A stretch of 64,000 bases of DNA from Octopus sinensis (lineage: Eukaryota). Both the position numbers and the translations under genes were made by a program. The stretch covers positions 95,108,001 to 95,172,000 of the forward strand of contig NC_042997.1 in assembly GCF_006345805.1 (NCBI RefSeq). Reading direction: 5' to 3'. The notes beneath the pieces are model-generated. The model made no database searches. It saw only the letters and a program-made list of their open reading frames with translations, and was not told the origin of the DNA. Positions 51,300 to 64,000 of this stretch are shown piece by piece. The first letter of the stretch is position 1. Each line of letters begins with the position of its first letter.

Positions 51300-53200
51300 A
51301 AAGTCAAATCAGTAATTCCCCTAATCACAGGAGATGTTCTAAGGCACTTTGGTTCACACACAACAAAGCAGGTCTCACCTAGGATGAAATTAATGTGGTG
51401 TTAGCTTCCAGAAAATCAATTGGAAAACAAACTGTGAGTTCGTAAAGATACGCCTGACAGTTTTGATGTCATGATGGGAAGTTCTGACTCAGCACAATTG
51501 GCTGATTTGGTCGGTATATATATCCTTTATGAGATGGCTGACGAATTTTCAAACATCCATGGATGTTTATATCCTGGCGATTGTCTACTTTACTTTCAAG
51601 ATATTTCTAACCCAAAATTACAAAGGGTTAAAATAGGTTGGTTAAATTATTCCGAAACATGTGCTTAAACATTAATTTCGATGATGATATAACTAGAGCC
51701 AACTTTTTGGATATTATCTTTAACTTATATAATGATTTATATTTCCCAAAGATAAACTTTCAACTAATTTAAAATATATTAGCGCTTTCAGTAATAATTC
51801 AAGGAATTTAGTTAGACATATTTCACTCAGACATTCTAGATTATTTTCTAATATTGATATCTCCAAAGTTAAAGCCGAATTATATAACTCTGCCTTACTT
51901 AAAGCTGGCTATAAAGAAAAATACCTATATTAACCTCTATTAATCAAGATATGAAAACACGTCATAACAGTAATAACAATATAAAATCAAAAAGTACAAT
52001 TTTTCAGCGTAAGGGAGATAACCGTTCTTTATGTCACTTTATACGTAATAAAAACTCTTCTGGGACTTTTAAAGATAATTACCCTAATATCAAGGTGTGT
52101 CCTATCAAAAATGTTTGGTTGATAATTCCATATGGTAAGCAGATCAAATCTAACATCTCTTACCAGTTTCATGAATGTATAGATAAGAATTTTCCCAAAA
52201 ATTCAAGATACCTTTCCATTATCAATTCACACCGTACTAGAATAGGGTTTTCAAACACCAAAAACCTTTCACAAATCCTCTCTTCGCATAACAATGAGTT
52301 GTTAAAAACATATCCACTTAATGAAAATAATAACATTGATATTCTCAACGCTAAAATTTCTTTGAACAGTAATAACAACATTAATATTTCTGATGTAAAT
52401 TTGAATCCTATTCGTTTCCTTATCAGTAATTCTAAGGCTAGAAACACTGTTTATCAATGTAAAATTACTTCCGGTTCTGATGTCTTGTATTACATAGGTA
52501 GTTCATCATCTCAGTTGTCGTAAAGAATATGTAACCATTACTCTACATTTAGGCATATCAATAAATGCCCCAATACTGGGATTAGTAAATTAATTTGGTC
52601 TCTAAAGGAAAAAAATAAACAATTTGATTTGGAATGGAATATTCTATCTAGATGCTTCCCATATGATAAAGGTAAATCTTTCTGTCCGCTCTTTAACGAC
52701 GAGCAGTTTCTCATCCTGTTCTCGGAGAATTCTCTTGTAATCACATTTAAAGAACGCGTTTATCGTTGCAAACAATGGAAAAAACATACCCTTTGTTCCT
52801 AAAAATAATTTCTACCAATCTATGAAATTCAAACTTTAACTGTCTTCTTACAATTCATTTCCACTACAAATATCTATTTTAAGCTTTATTCCCATTCACT
52901 TATCGCACAATATTTCTCCATTTTTAATTTTCTGTTAATTTCTTTTCATCTTCTCCTTCTCTTTCTCTAAATTACTTTTGACGATAAATCTATCAGCGGT
53001 TTTTGAAAATAGAACTTGCCAGCGTTCCCTCTCATCTTAAACGCGGTAACCACATTCGATTATAATGTCTTATTCATGTGCTTTGTTTTACTTTTTTCCT
53101 AGCGAGATGATTGCATTGTTCTACATCATTATATTCCCTCTGGATTATATAAATGTTTACTTCGAAACAAATATCGGAAGTATAAAGATTTGAATAACAC
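51300..53200 (+). mobile_element. Decayed Penelope-like element (RT and GIY-YIG endonuclease)
   Basis: RT motif FDVMMGSSDSAQLADLVGIYIL..GCLY(P)GDCLL. GIY-YIG region RNTVYQCKI..YYIGSS..RI..HYSTF..ISKLIWSLK..EWNIL..CPL ends at ~52800 and has many stops. A hammerhead-like relic lies at 53134-53179. Confidence 0.85.
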
Positions 53201-53522
53201 CTGCGTTTGACTCCACTTTTTAATCTATCTAAATATCTATCTATTTATGTATGTCTATATGTATATATTTATAATTATATATACATATATGTATGTATAT
53301 ATATATATTTATATTCACTAATGTATTTAGAATTGGTGAATATATAGATGTAGTACTTTATATTATTCATAATCTCTGATATCGTGTTTCCAATAATATC
53401 TTTCTACCGTTCTCTTATATTAGTAGTTTGCTATTTAGCGTTGTGATAAAAACAGATTTTCGTCAGCATGTTATAAAAAATAGGTAGAGAGATAGGTTGC
53501 TTTATCTATGTATCTATGTATC

Positions 53523-53595
<73 letters not shown>

Positions 53596-54589
53596 TATTG
53601 GATAGATAGTGTGATGGCTAGGTTGATAGCTAAAGTAATAGAGAGATAGCTAGCTAGATAAATTAATAGATAGATTGATAAATAGATAAATAGATGACAA
53701 TATCATAGAACACTTGGCATAATGTATCATGGATTATATTTTTTTTATTTACTCTGTGCTAACATACGTTATTCCTGTTACAGTAATATATATTTAAGAG
53801 AATTAACAACACTCCATACTTCATATTTCTCTTGATTATATGCCTTAATGTCATTCATATATTCTTTAGATACTTAGCATTTTAGATGCTGATTTCATGA
53901 AAGAAAAAAAAACCTGATAATAAAACGATTTTAAATACTAGACAACCCTTTCCCAAGAACTTTCTATATTCAATAGCACAGAATAGTTGTTTTCAGGTAA
54001 TATTTGAATAAACTAATAATTATGCTTTCGAGATTTTCGATAATTACATTGTCGAGTTGAAATAACAATGATGTTTTTTCACAGCCATTATTCTCGCCTA
54101 TGTATTTTATGATAATCTGAAATATGACGAATGAATTATTTTTGCTATTGAAATGTATCATTATATCATTTGTACAACTAATTTCGAGACAAAAAAGATG
54201 TTCTTCTCAGCTCATGTGTATTACAATATTCGATTATTCGATTGTCCAAAACTTGAACAATTTAACATAATGGATTGTTGGTTAAAGAATGACTAAAATG
54301 TTGGATATTTAGTTCGGGAAATAGCTATATGAGAAAGAATAATTATATGAAATCTACGTGAAAATTAAACGTGCTTTACGCCTTCCCGCTGTCATCTAGT
54401 TATTTAGAAATATATCTCGAAATTAAATCTCTTAAATTCAGTTCGGAATAAGCTAATGTTATCCAAGTCATTAAATCTGTTCTTTTTTTTCTTGTGGTTC
54501 CTCACAACAGAAATGAATGTCGGGTCCAAGACGATAGAATTCCATTGAACCCTATATCTCATTCATCGTGAAGAAAATGTTCAGCTAGA

Positions 54590-55260
54590 TATTAGGTCAA
54601 GTATGAACTTTTTAGAAAAGTAAAAAAAAGAACAAAGAATAGTTTTATTCATCAAATTATGCACCCATATTGTCAATACACTTTTGCCATTTCAGCAGTA
54701 GCTTGTCCAACCTGGAACTGTAAAAGCCTGGCAATCTAGACTCAATAAAATCTTGGAGGGCCTGTTTTACGGCATCGTCGGAATAAATTTTTTCCTATCA
54801 AATTTTATCGAAATTCTGGAAGGGCAAGATCAGGTGGGTATGGTGGATGATGGAGAACGTCCAACTCCAAACCCTGTAGTTTCAACAATGTCATTTTTAC
54901 AATGTGTGGTCTGGTGTTGTCTTTCAATAAATTAGGAGTGGATCTGTTGATTAATCTAGGCCGGATTTTTTGTAAGTTTATGCATCATTTGGTCCTGTTG
55001 GCTGCAATATAATTCGGCCGTGATTGTTGAGCCAGGTTTAATAAAATGATAATATATTACACCTTTGCCAGATCACCAAACATACACCATCAGCTTCTTT
55101 TGACGAAGTTTGCTTTTAGGACTGTTTTATATTTTTTTTGTCGCTCGTCTTTTTCCAGTCATTGTGCTGAACATATATAGCTGTTGTATTGGCTCCATTT
55201 CTCATCACATGTTACAATTCGATTCAAAAAGTATTCACTTTTGTGACGAATAGTTAGCAT
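54590..55260 (-). mobile_element. Mariner transposase catalytic-domain remnant
   Basis: FLNRIVTCDEKW, LLKDNTRPH and LELDVLHHPPYPPDLA are D,D34D-type motifs, with stops and frameshifts. Confidence 0.8.
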
Positions 55261-55794
55261 AAGTAGGGTGTAGTACAAAATATCTACACCGTATAGTTAT
55301 AATCGTTTACAATTCAAAATTCATTTTAGATCCACGTTGGCTTTAAATCTCCCAGTAACAATAAAATGAAATATGAATGAAGAACGAAGATGTATTATTT
55401 AAAATTCTTATAAACCATATTAAATGCGATTAATGTTATAACTGATTAATAAAATTATTTGTTTCACGTTTCATATCTTATAATTCGTTTGTTTTCAGTT
55501 ATTATGAATACATCCATTCTTCTTCGTAGACGGATATTTTTTCTATATTTACTGTTTTCTTGTTTTGCAATATAAAGATATTAATATTGTTAACCGACCA
55601 CTCATGATTTTGGAAAAGAGATTAAATCCATTTTATAAGGTCAGATTTTTTTTTACCTAATGTTCAAACATTGAAAGATGGAAACGCTCGTTTAGATTCG
55701 TTATCCTTGTTGTTATATTTATTTAATAAGTATTAATGTTTTTATACTGCTTATATTACTGTTTGGTGCAAAATAAGATGTTATCGTGTGTTTA

Positions 55795-56030
55795 TACTTA
55801 TGTCTTTACTACCCACAAGGGGCTAAACGCAGAAAGGACAAACAAGGACAGACAAACGGATTAAGTCGATTATATCGACCCCAGTGCGTAACTGGTACTT
55901 ATTTAATCGACCCCGAACGGATGAAAGGCAAAGTCGACCTCGTTGGAATTTGTACTCAGATCGTAGCGGCAGACGAAATACCGCAAAGTATTTCGCCCGG
56001 CGTGCTAACGTTTCTGCCAGCTCGCCGCCT
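55795..56030 (-). mobile_element. tRNA-derived SINE
   Basis: Reverse complement of the 16741 family (ggcggcgagctggcagaaacgttagcacgccgggcgaaatac..gtcgattaaataagtaccagt). Confidence 0.85.
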
Positions 56031-57109
56031 TTTGTGTGTTTATACTTACAATGTTATTTACGTCAATAGAACCTGGACTGATTCTATTAATGGGAAATGT
56101 AAGTTTCAGCTGCTAGATGAATTATTCACGAATAATATCATTCGTTCTAATTAACAATGGATTATTATGATTATATATAATTTATTTAGTAGTTTAGTAT
56201 TATTTATTGGCTGCATCGTATTACACAGAAACTATATATCATTGTTATCACTTGCGTATTGAAACTTATAAATTATGTGGAAATGATTTTAAATTTTATG
56301 TAAATCAGACGCATTTGTAGTAAACATTTCTCAGACCTATATAAAGCATTTCCATATTTTCATATTGATAAATATCTGTAGGTCGGTTAGAAATATTTCC
56401 CATTTAATGATTTTTATTTATGCAATTTCATAATGCAATTTAAGCTATATAGATAACATCAAGAGTTAGTCTGTGCATACTATTTTAACCATAAGTGATT
56501 ACAATAGTTATCCTCAATAACAGAAAACAGGAAATATTCCTTTTTTTTTTCGCTGTTTTTCATAATCAACTATAGTTGAATATATGTGATACGTTGATTT
56601 TATTGGTTATCTCCACTTTGTTTATATGTCGTTACTGTACGTGTGTTTTGGTATTTATCACTGCAGCCCGTTTTTACTTTTTATTATGAATACTATGTAA
56701 TAATTCTTTCGCTTCACAAACAATTGATTTGTATATCTCCAGTACGTGTCATGTTCCGTCTTCTGTAAAGTGTACTACTGTCTAGCAGTACTATTTTCGC
56801 TCTTATGCATATGCGTAAAGTCCTGGAATTGGGATGTGTTTCTCTTTGCACCTATTTTGAAGACATCGGTGATTGCGGGGATTGCTTTTGCTTGATATAT
56901 TTTTGGCATTTAATTAGGTAGGTTTCACTTAATTTTGACATTGTTTACTGTCGTTCAGGAACGATACTGAAATTCGTGTACGCGATATAGCTGTATGTAT
57001 TGGCATGATCTACAGAATCATATAATTTCAACTGTCCTGTAATCGAGGTGCAAACCGTCCGGAAACTGTTGCATCATGCGAACTTTACTCAAAGTTCCTC
57101 CTGATTTGC

Positions 57110-59500
57110 AGTGGCATAAGCCTTGGTTAGGTGTACAAACCTCATGTATGGGTTCCTGTCCTGTTTTTGGCACTTCTCCTGAAGTGCGGCAAGGGCCATG
57201 TGAACTCTCTCTTAGCCCAATCTGTTAGATGCCCGTCTTCTACGTCCTGAATACCTGCTTCTCTTACTCTTGAGCAAATGGACAATAGAAACAACATTGA
57301 ACTCTGAAAGAGATTGGTGAGCTTCTCTGCCAACACCAGTACCCATGCTTTGTATATTTCAGCTAGACTGGGGTTAGAGCCTTCTTTCTTGCCATCCGAG
57401 GGGGCCTAAATTTGTTTCGTTGGCTGCTCTACCAGATAAGTGTACATATCAAAATGATAAGTGTACATATCAACCTCAACGTTGATAGAAGACCTGTGTA
57501 CGATGTTGTCGAATTTCTCTACCTACATGTCCATGATTGCATTTTTATCAGTGAGGAGGTTGGTCCTGCCAGCACTGAGCAGTAGTGATGTTCTGGAGGA
57601 CTGTAGTCATTGAAGTGTTTGGATTTGTTGCTCTTGGTGTACTTTCGTGTCTTATACGCATGGTTACTGATCCAGGAATACTTCAACTCTCAAAGCTTCA
57701 CCTGCACTTTGCCTTTTTTCTTTTGCATTGTAGACTGCTTTCTTGGAGTATTGCTGAGAGATTTTGATGACTTCATAACGCTCCTCAATCAGGTTCTGCA
57801 TTTCCTCGTCGTTGTTGTCGAATCATCTTTGATATATACACATGTTTTGACCCAGACGAGTGAGTACAGTGTTGTACACCACGTCTTTGAATACCATCCA
57901 GTCCGCTTTCTTTCCCTTTGTACCAACATCGAATTAGTTCAACTTGTTGTTCAGGTCCCCGCTATACAGCAACGTTGCCGGGTCTGTAATCTGACCGGCA
58001 TTCTACATCACATGTGACCTTTGTGATCCTGAGGTTCAATATGTCCCGTCTCCTGACTACGATGTTCTCAGTTAGATGTTAACGTTTGATGCGTGGACAC
58101 ATCCAGTGTATCTTTTTGTGGTTGGGCGGGCGAAAAATTGTATTGGTTATCAGTAGGTCATTCGCTGAAGATGTATTCAGCAGTAGAAAACCGTTGTCGT
58201 TGCTCTTGCCAATTCCATCCCAATAGCCCCCGTCAATGCCTGGTAATCTGTACCAACTCTAACTTTGAAGTCGCTGAGATCGACGAGCTTGTCCACTTTA
58301 GGCACAGTTGCTACGAGGGCTTCCAAATGTTCCTAAAACTAGTTTTGACTTCCTCAGGGCTGGTCATTGTGGGGTGTAAGCACTGACGATGGCGATATGG
58401 CACATTCTTCTTCTGGGAAGCCACAGAGGCATCAATCACCCATTCATTTCTTTGGTGCTACTGGTTATCTGGTAGATCAATCTAGATTTGATAATAAAAC
58501 CCATCCTGATTCAAGACATTTGTTGCTGCAGCGACCACTTCGGAAGAAGGTCTGACCAGATTTCAACTCAGCTGATCTTTGTCTGCAAGCCTGGTCTCAC
58601 TCACAGCTCCAATATGGACGTTGTTCCAGCCGAGTCCTCTTGCAATAAGTACTGTTTATCTTTCAAGTCTGATTGCTTTGGAGATGTCCATCAGCATTTG
58701 CAGATTCGGTAAATCAATGGTGAGCAATGTAACCAATGTATTGGACTTGGTATTTCAACCGCATGTTTGGCACGTAGGTGAGAGTGAAGTGAAGCAGGCT
58801 GTGTTTAGAATACATTTTCTAACTCCTACCTCAGCCCATGGAATTGATCAAGCGATCCCACAGAGGCTGTTCGGACACCTAGAGTGTCGCCTAGCTCCAT
58901 TACTGTTTTGGTCCAGTGGTGAGCGACACTATACCCTGGGGTGCCTGCTGTTTTGTCATTCAGCCAATCATCACAGGAACTGAGCACGGTTCAGGAATGG
59001 TGTGTAATCTTGATTTGTGCGTGTCTTGTGTTAAAGTGTTAAAGTGAGGGAGGCTTACCTGGCTCCTCTTCTCATCCTTTCTAATCTGATACCAGCGGCA
59101 GGAAGAAGTCAAGAGAAATAAGGATATATTGAGATGCAGTGGGTGTCCATAGTGTAATTTGTTTCCCACTGTGCCCTTTTCATGCTCCATAATGCTGTTT
59201 GATCAGTTCTCCGGACCGTTAAACCAATCGAGTGGACTTATCCAAAGAGTCTGCCGGGTCCAATCTTAACGGGAAAAGGATGACAAGCCGTAGCTCACTG
59301 ACGGCTAAACTTTCCATGATTGAACTGGACTGCGGAAGCCGTTGCGGCAGCATGTCGGGTACTCAACGATCGTGCGTCGGTGAACGCGAAGTGCATGAAG
59401 CGACGATAGGGCACTTTTCAAGGGACCACACAGGGAAACAGAACCGGGAATCATATGGTGAGAAGCAAAGTTCGTACCACACACGCGCGATATTTTAGTG
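57110..59500 (-). mobile_element. Decayed RTE-BovB-like LINE: 5' UTR, APE endonuclease and start of RT
   Basis: IGAVSETRLADKDQL, LEALVATVPKVDKLVDLSDFKVRVGTD, NDNGFLLL, LAEKLTNLFQS and RFVHLTKAY (FVDLTKAFD-like), with many lesions. Confidence 0.8.
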
Positions 59501-59510
59501 AGTGTGTGCC

Positions 59511-59544
<34 letters not shown>

Positions 59545-59574
59545 AAGAAAGAGAGAGAGAGAGAGTTTAAATTT

Positions 59575-59670
59575 ACAAAAGAAAAAACGACAAAACACGA
59601 AAGCAGGTGTAGGAACAAGTAAGTGTATTGGTTTAACGCTCAGGAAAAATGGAAAAATCTTTTACGTTTA
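59575..59670 (-). mobile_element. Truncated copy of the repeat family carrying the 29481 hammerhead-like motif
   Basis: Minus strand aaacgtaaaagattttt..cctgagcgttaaaccaatacact..cacctgctttcg parallels 29506-29580. Confidence 0.65.
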
Positions 59671-59721
59671 TATATATATATGTGTGTGTGTGTGGTGTGT
59701 GTGTGTGTGTGTGTGCGTGCG

Positions 59722-59753
<32 letters not shown>

Positions 59754-61079
59754 GTGAGTGAGTGTGTATGTATATAAATTTGTGTTGCGGTGTCTGTAGA
59801 GACACTTTTGTATGCTCTTGTGTGTGTGTTTGTGTATTTTCTGAATAGGTAATCAATTCTTACATTTAATATATGCAATTATTTGCATTCAGCTCACGAG
59901 TTGCACCAGTTCTATTTACAAAACGCCTTTTTCTACAATCTGACGTTAATTGATATCTGCTCATATAGATATAATTTCCGAACCGGCATTCGTCAGATAG
60001 GGTTGCAAGTTACCGTATCTCTAACAAGAAAGGTTATGAATAAATGCATAATAACCTTTACTATCAATGTAAAAGAGTAATCTAATATTTATTAGGTATT
60101 AGAAGTAGTTGACACTAAGTTCGCCACATAATATGGACAATATTATATCATACAAAGGTGAGGCCATAAACTTTGCATTTCAACGAATAAAATGACAATC
60201 AATCATGCTGCCGTGCCAAACTTTAGTCTATTATATGATTACTAGTGCTTAATTTTTAATTCTCATACCAGATGGAGAAGCAGTACAGATAAGTAATTTT
60301 AGTGATTCCAAAGATTAATGAGATGAAGATACCATAAAATCTGATTGTGGGCTGGAATGTTTGTTACAAAATGTAAACTCCCTGAAAGAACGACAAAGCT
60401 TGATGGAGATCTTAAACTAGACTACAGAGGAAGTTTAACAACCAAGGAAGCCAGGGTGGAATTTGAACAGCAGAACTAATAAAGCAAAGTATTTCTTTTG
60501 ACGTTTTAAACATTCTAACAATCAATTACCCTAATTTTGCAGTGTATTTTATTTAAAATAGAAGAACGAAAGAGAAATGTAACTTCTGTAGCAGTTTAAA
60601 CATCAAAGTGACTCGGGGTAAATGACTTTAAGAAAAAGGAGTTGAAATATAAGAATACGTTTCTAATAAATTCTCTCAGGAGTATGTTTAACCTCACAAG
60701 AGATTTCAGCCTGATGTTCTGTCCAAATAATCATCAGGGAAAATGGCGCTTCTGACGCGATATTAACAGGAATATAGGAATTATCCATATATAAAGATAT
60801 CGAAACAGAGATAACCAGAAAGCGTAGACTGAAAGGACAAGCAGCCTTTGTAAACATAATCAGCATCACTATAAAGACAATTCATAAATAAAAACTTGGA
60901 CCACAACATAAAGAATATGTGTAGAGCAGCAAATATAAAAAGAAAAAAAAGCAATTTAATCACACTCTTCGGATCTAAAACAGGGACAGAAAGAGCAGGG
61001 ACAGGGAACTGTGTTTGATTCTGAGGTGAAAGCGATCGCTACAAGTTTACTACTGAAATTATACTCCTTCTACTGTAGC

Positions 61080-61245
61080 CACAAGGCCTGACATTGTGAG
61101 AGAGCAAGATAGTCGATTACGTGGAACACAGTACTCCACTGGAAATTATTTTATCGAGCCCGAAAGAATTAGTGGCAAAGACAACCTCGGCAGAATGTCA
61201 ATTCAGAAGGTAAAGCCGGAAGAAATGCCGCAAAGAAACAAAGAA
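61080..61245 (-). mobile_element. tRNA-SINE fragment
   Basis: Degenerate reverse complement of the 16741 family body and tail. Confidence 0.55.
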
Positions 61246-63019
61246 ACACAACTGAATTTCCTGTTCAAAATATATAGATGTGACAGTCAGACAACACTTG
61301 CTATATAACACCAGTATAGGCTGATGCTATTAGTTTAGTAAATGAGAATGTATGGAATGATCTTTACTTGGAATATCGATGCCATCTGAACATGAAATAT
61401 GACTACGTGATATATGTTCTATATATTCAAAACCTTGCTCATATCCGAAAAATATTTAGTTCACTAGATGGCTTACTTTTTCTGCTGATGCAATGGTTTA
61501 TTTATATATGTAACTGTGGACACCTCAGTAATCATGCATACAAGTACGAACTAACTTATCCTTTTTTCTGTATATTTTATTACATCATCATTTATTTATG
61601 TTAGCATTTTATCTTTCTTCTTATTGATTTCGGAGTTTTGGCTTCACAAGGCAAAATGTCATCCTTTAAATCAATAGCAGTCTTGGCAGAAATGTTTGCC
61701 TTACATTACCGATTGTTTGCACAATGTGTCTGCTAGATTAATGGCAAAATATAGCTGGAAGTTATTCGAAAACGTAATCGTCAATTTTCGTTCCTAAAGC
61801 GGATAATATACATTCAGTACTACCGTGTCATCACGACACAGTGAGTGTGAACAATATAATTATTTGAATGTATTTTCTTATATATTTACCGATTCTACTT
61901 TATCACATTGAGTACTACAATATATCAAATGTCACTAATCATAATTAAAAATTGTTATATCACAAGGATCAGCACAGTAATTTGGATGTTGTTTACAATG
62001 ATAATGAAATATTATTTATCTGGCTTACTAGTAATTACGTTAAGTAATTTAACGCTCGTAGATCGCTATATGGAGTACGAAATCATGGCTTGTTTCCACT
62101 TCTACGTTGTTCCTATAAATTTCGACTTTTTGAGCGGTCATTTCACCCCTATTAGATAAATTGAGTAACATCACTAAAAATCATTTTTAGCATGAATAAA
62201 TCGATGTCGATAGCAACGTGTCTACGAGAGCGAGACAGAGAGAAACGCTACAAGATAAAATGTGAAGAAATACGTGTTGCTATCAGAGTGAATTACATCT
62301 CTACTGAAAACAATACCCTGAATATACACAAATTTTCTCAAGGAAAACTACTGTGAAATAACTGTACAGAATGCGCATTTATCTGAGTGAGTGATAGACA
62401 GATGTTAAAAATCTTGTATATCGTTACCTTAACTAACAAAACACCTGGCTTAAGCAATAAGAATCTGGCGTGAGTAAAATCATCCACATCGCATGGCTGC
62501 ATATATATTTGAAATTTTTCTGTTACCAGTGTGGTAGATTCGACCAGACGCGAGAATTGTGTGCAATCAAATCCGGAATGTAGTCTCTAACAATAACATG
62601 AATCGGCACTTACATGTAAAGAGGTTGTACCGTGATTATCCATTCATGTACAATGCTCAGCAACATGCGCAATTTATCTTACTTAATAAATTGAAATTTG
62701 TAAAACTTATTTTTCTAATGCCGTTTCGTGATCCGTTTAGTATCCAATTATAGTATCTCTTCAAAGCAAAGCTAAATGAGTCATAATTGAATATTCCAAA
62801 TAGAAAAAGAAAAAGCGAAAAATCCTACAATAAATGAACCTTAAAAAAGTAACACACCACTAAATAATAAAATATAGAACGGTAAGTAGGTAAAAAAGTG
62901 ATGCACAGGCTTATTAAAAGTTATGGAGTCAAGATAATATTCAATGAAATTTGTTTTGTAAATGCTTATACTGCTTTCTCTAAAACAATTCTTTTTCTGC
63001 GACAAGCGCAAGATTTGAA

Positions 63020-63415
63020 ATCTAGAGGGATGGACAGGTGGATTACATCGACCCAGTGCTCGGCTAGTAGCTACTTTGTCGACCTGAAGTAGATGAAAGG
63101 AAAATCAATCTCGGCTGAATTTAAACTCAGAACGAAAAGTTGGATGAAATGCTGCTAAGAGTTTTGTGCTGCTAACTCACCACACTTTTTTCTATAAAAT
63201 AATATTTTCTGTTACAAACGAAATCTTTGTAATTTTATGGACGCGGAGCTGGTCAATTCCGTCGACCCCAGTTTGTACCCTGGTACTTTTCCTCGACCCC
63301 GAAAGAGCAATAGGCAAAGTTGACCTTGGAACCTCTTGAATTCAGGACGTAAATACGGACAGGATGCAGCTAAGCATTTTCTCCGGCGTACTAACCTTTC
63401 TGCCAGCTCGCCATC
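63020..63415 (-). mobile_element. Two adjacent tRNA-SINE copies (~63020-63180 and ~63205-63415)
   Basis: ggcgagctggcagaaaggttagtacgccgg..gggtcgaggaaaagtaccag and a second degenerate copy. Confidence 0.7.
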
Positions 63416-64000
63416 CAATTTTTAAAATAAGATAATGAAAACTGTTTTCATCAGAACCAATAACATTAGCAAAACATAATAGTTTACATCGTACTGCAAT
63501 ATGTAACAAAATTTTGCAATAAAATTTGAAGTTACTACATGATACTCAAGCAAAATAAATCAAGAATTTCAGTTTATATAAACGCAATATACAGACATTT
63601 TTGAAAGATGTTATTGTTTTCTCAGAATATTACTATATTTCCATTTACCAGATATAAATTTAAAGCTAATTTGCCAAATATTAGTTTTTAATGATAGTCT
63701 GAAGAATTCATACGATTCAAGTACTGAAGTATGTGATATGAAATTTCGTGTAGTTAATATGAAATATTTTGCCCACTTGTTGATTGTTAACACTTAATTT
63801 AAATTCAATAAACGAATGAATCTGTTTGTCGGAGATTATAGTCATAAATAATAGAGAATAGAATCTGTATGTAAACAACATTATTTAAAATCTTTAAAAA
63901 CTATAATAACATACAAAATCATATAACTGTGCTGTGTCAGCAGTAGCGTTCATATTGTGTTGATGTAAGGAATTAAAGTGATAAATTTATAATGTTTACG

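Noticed and set aside
59300-59500. Possible HDV-like ribozyme at the BovB-like 5' end
   Set aside because: No consistent nested double pseudoknot could be assembled by eye.
59900-64000. AT-rich unique-looking sequence, also at ~13300-16700 and ~29800-33400, possibly intronic or regulatory
   Set aside because: No feature could be supported from sequence alone.

Overview
This is AT-rich animal genomic DNA, dense in microsatellites and almost entirely made of transposon debris. The SINE families and repeat landscape suggest an Octopus (coleoid cephalopod) genome, which is an inference. I could not recognise any intact host protein-coding gene, and most of the supplied short ORFs are translated microsatellites. 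Supported features are: a 5'-truncated RTE LINE with an open RT frame (7080-8530); further RTE/BovB, CR1-like and R4/Dong LINE fragments; a decayed GIY-YIG Penelope-like element (PLE); Tc1/mariner remnants; non-autonomous Helitron-like elements including a head-to-tail dimer; tRNA-SINEs; an intronless UBE2Z retrocopy frameshifted by a 5-bp duplication; and U6 and 5S pseudogenes. The most interesting unannotated layer is a series of minimal type I hammerhead ribozyme motifs from several unrelated PLE-type repeat families, often in inverted pairs or long palindromes. One has a compensatory G3:C8 core swap (45159-45208), one has A6U (29481-29516), and a pair sits in a near-perfect 328-bp palindrome (46912-47239). 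A second recurring pattern is fold-back inversions centred on (TA)n tracts.
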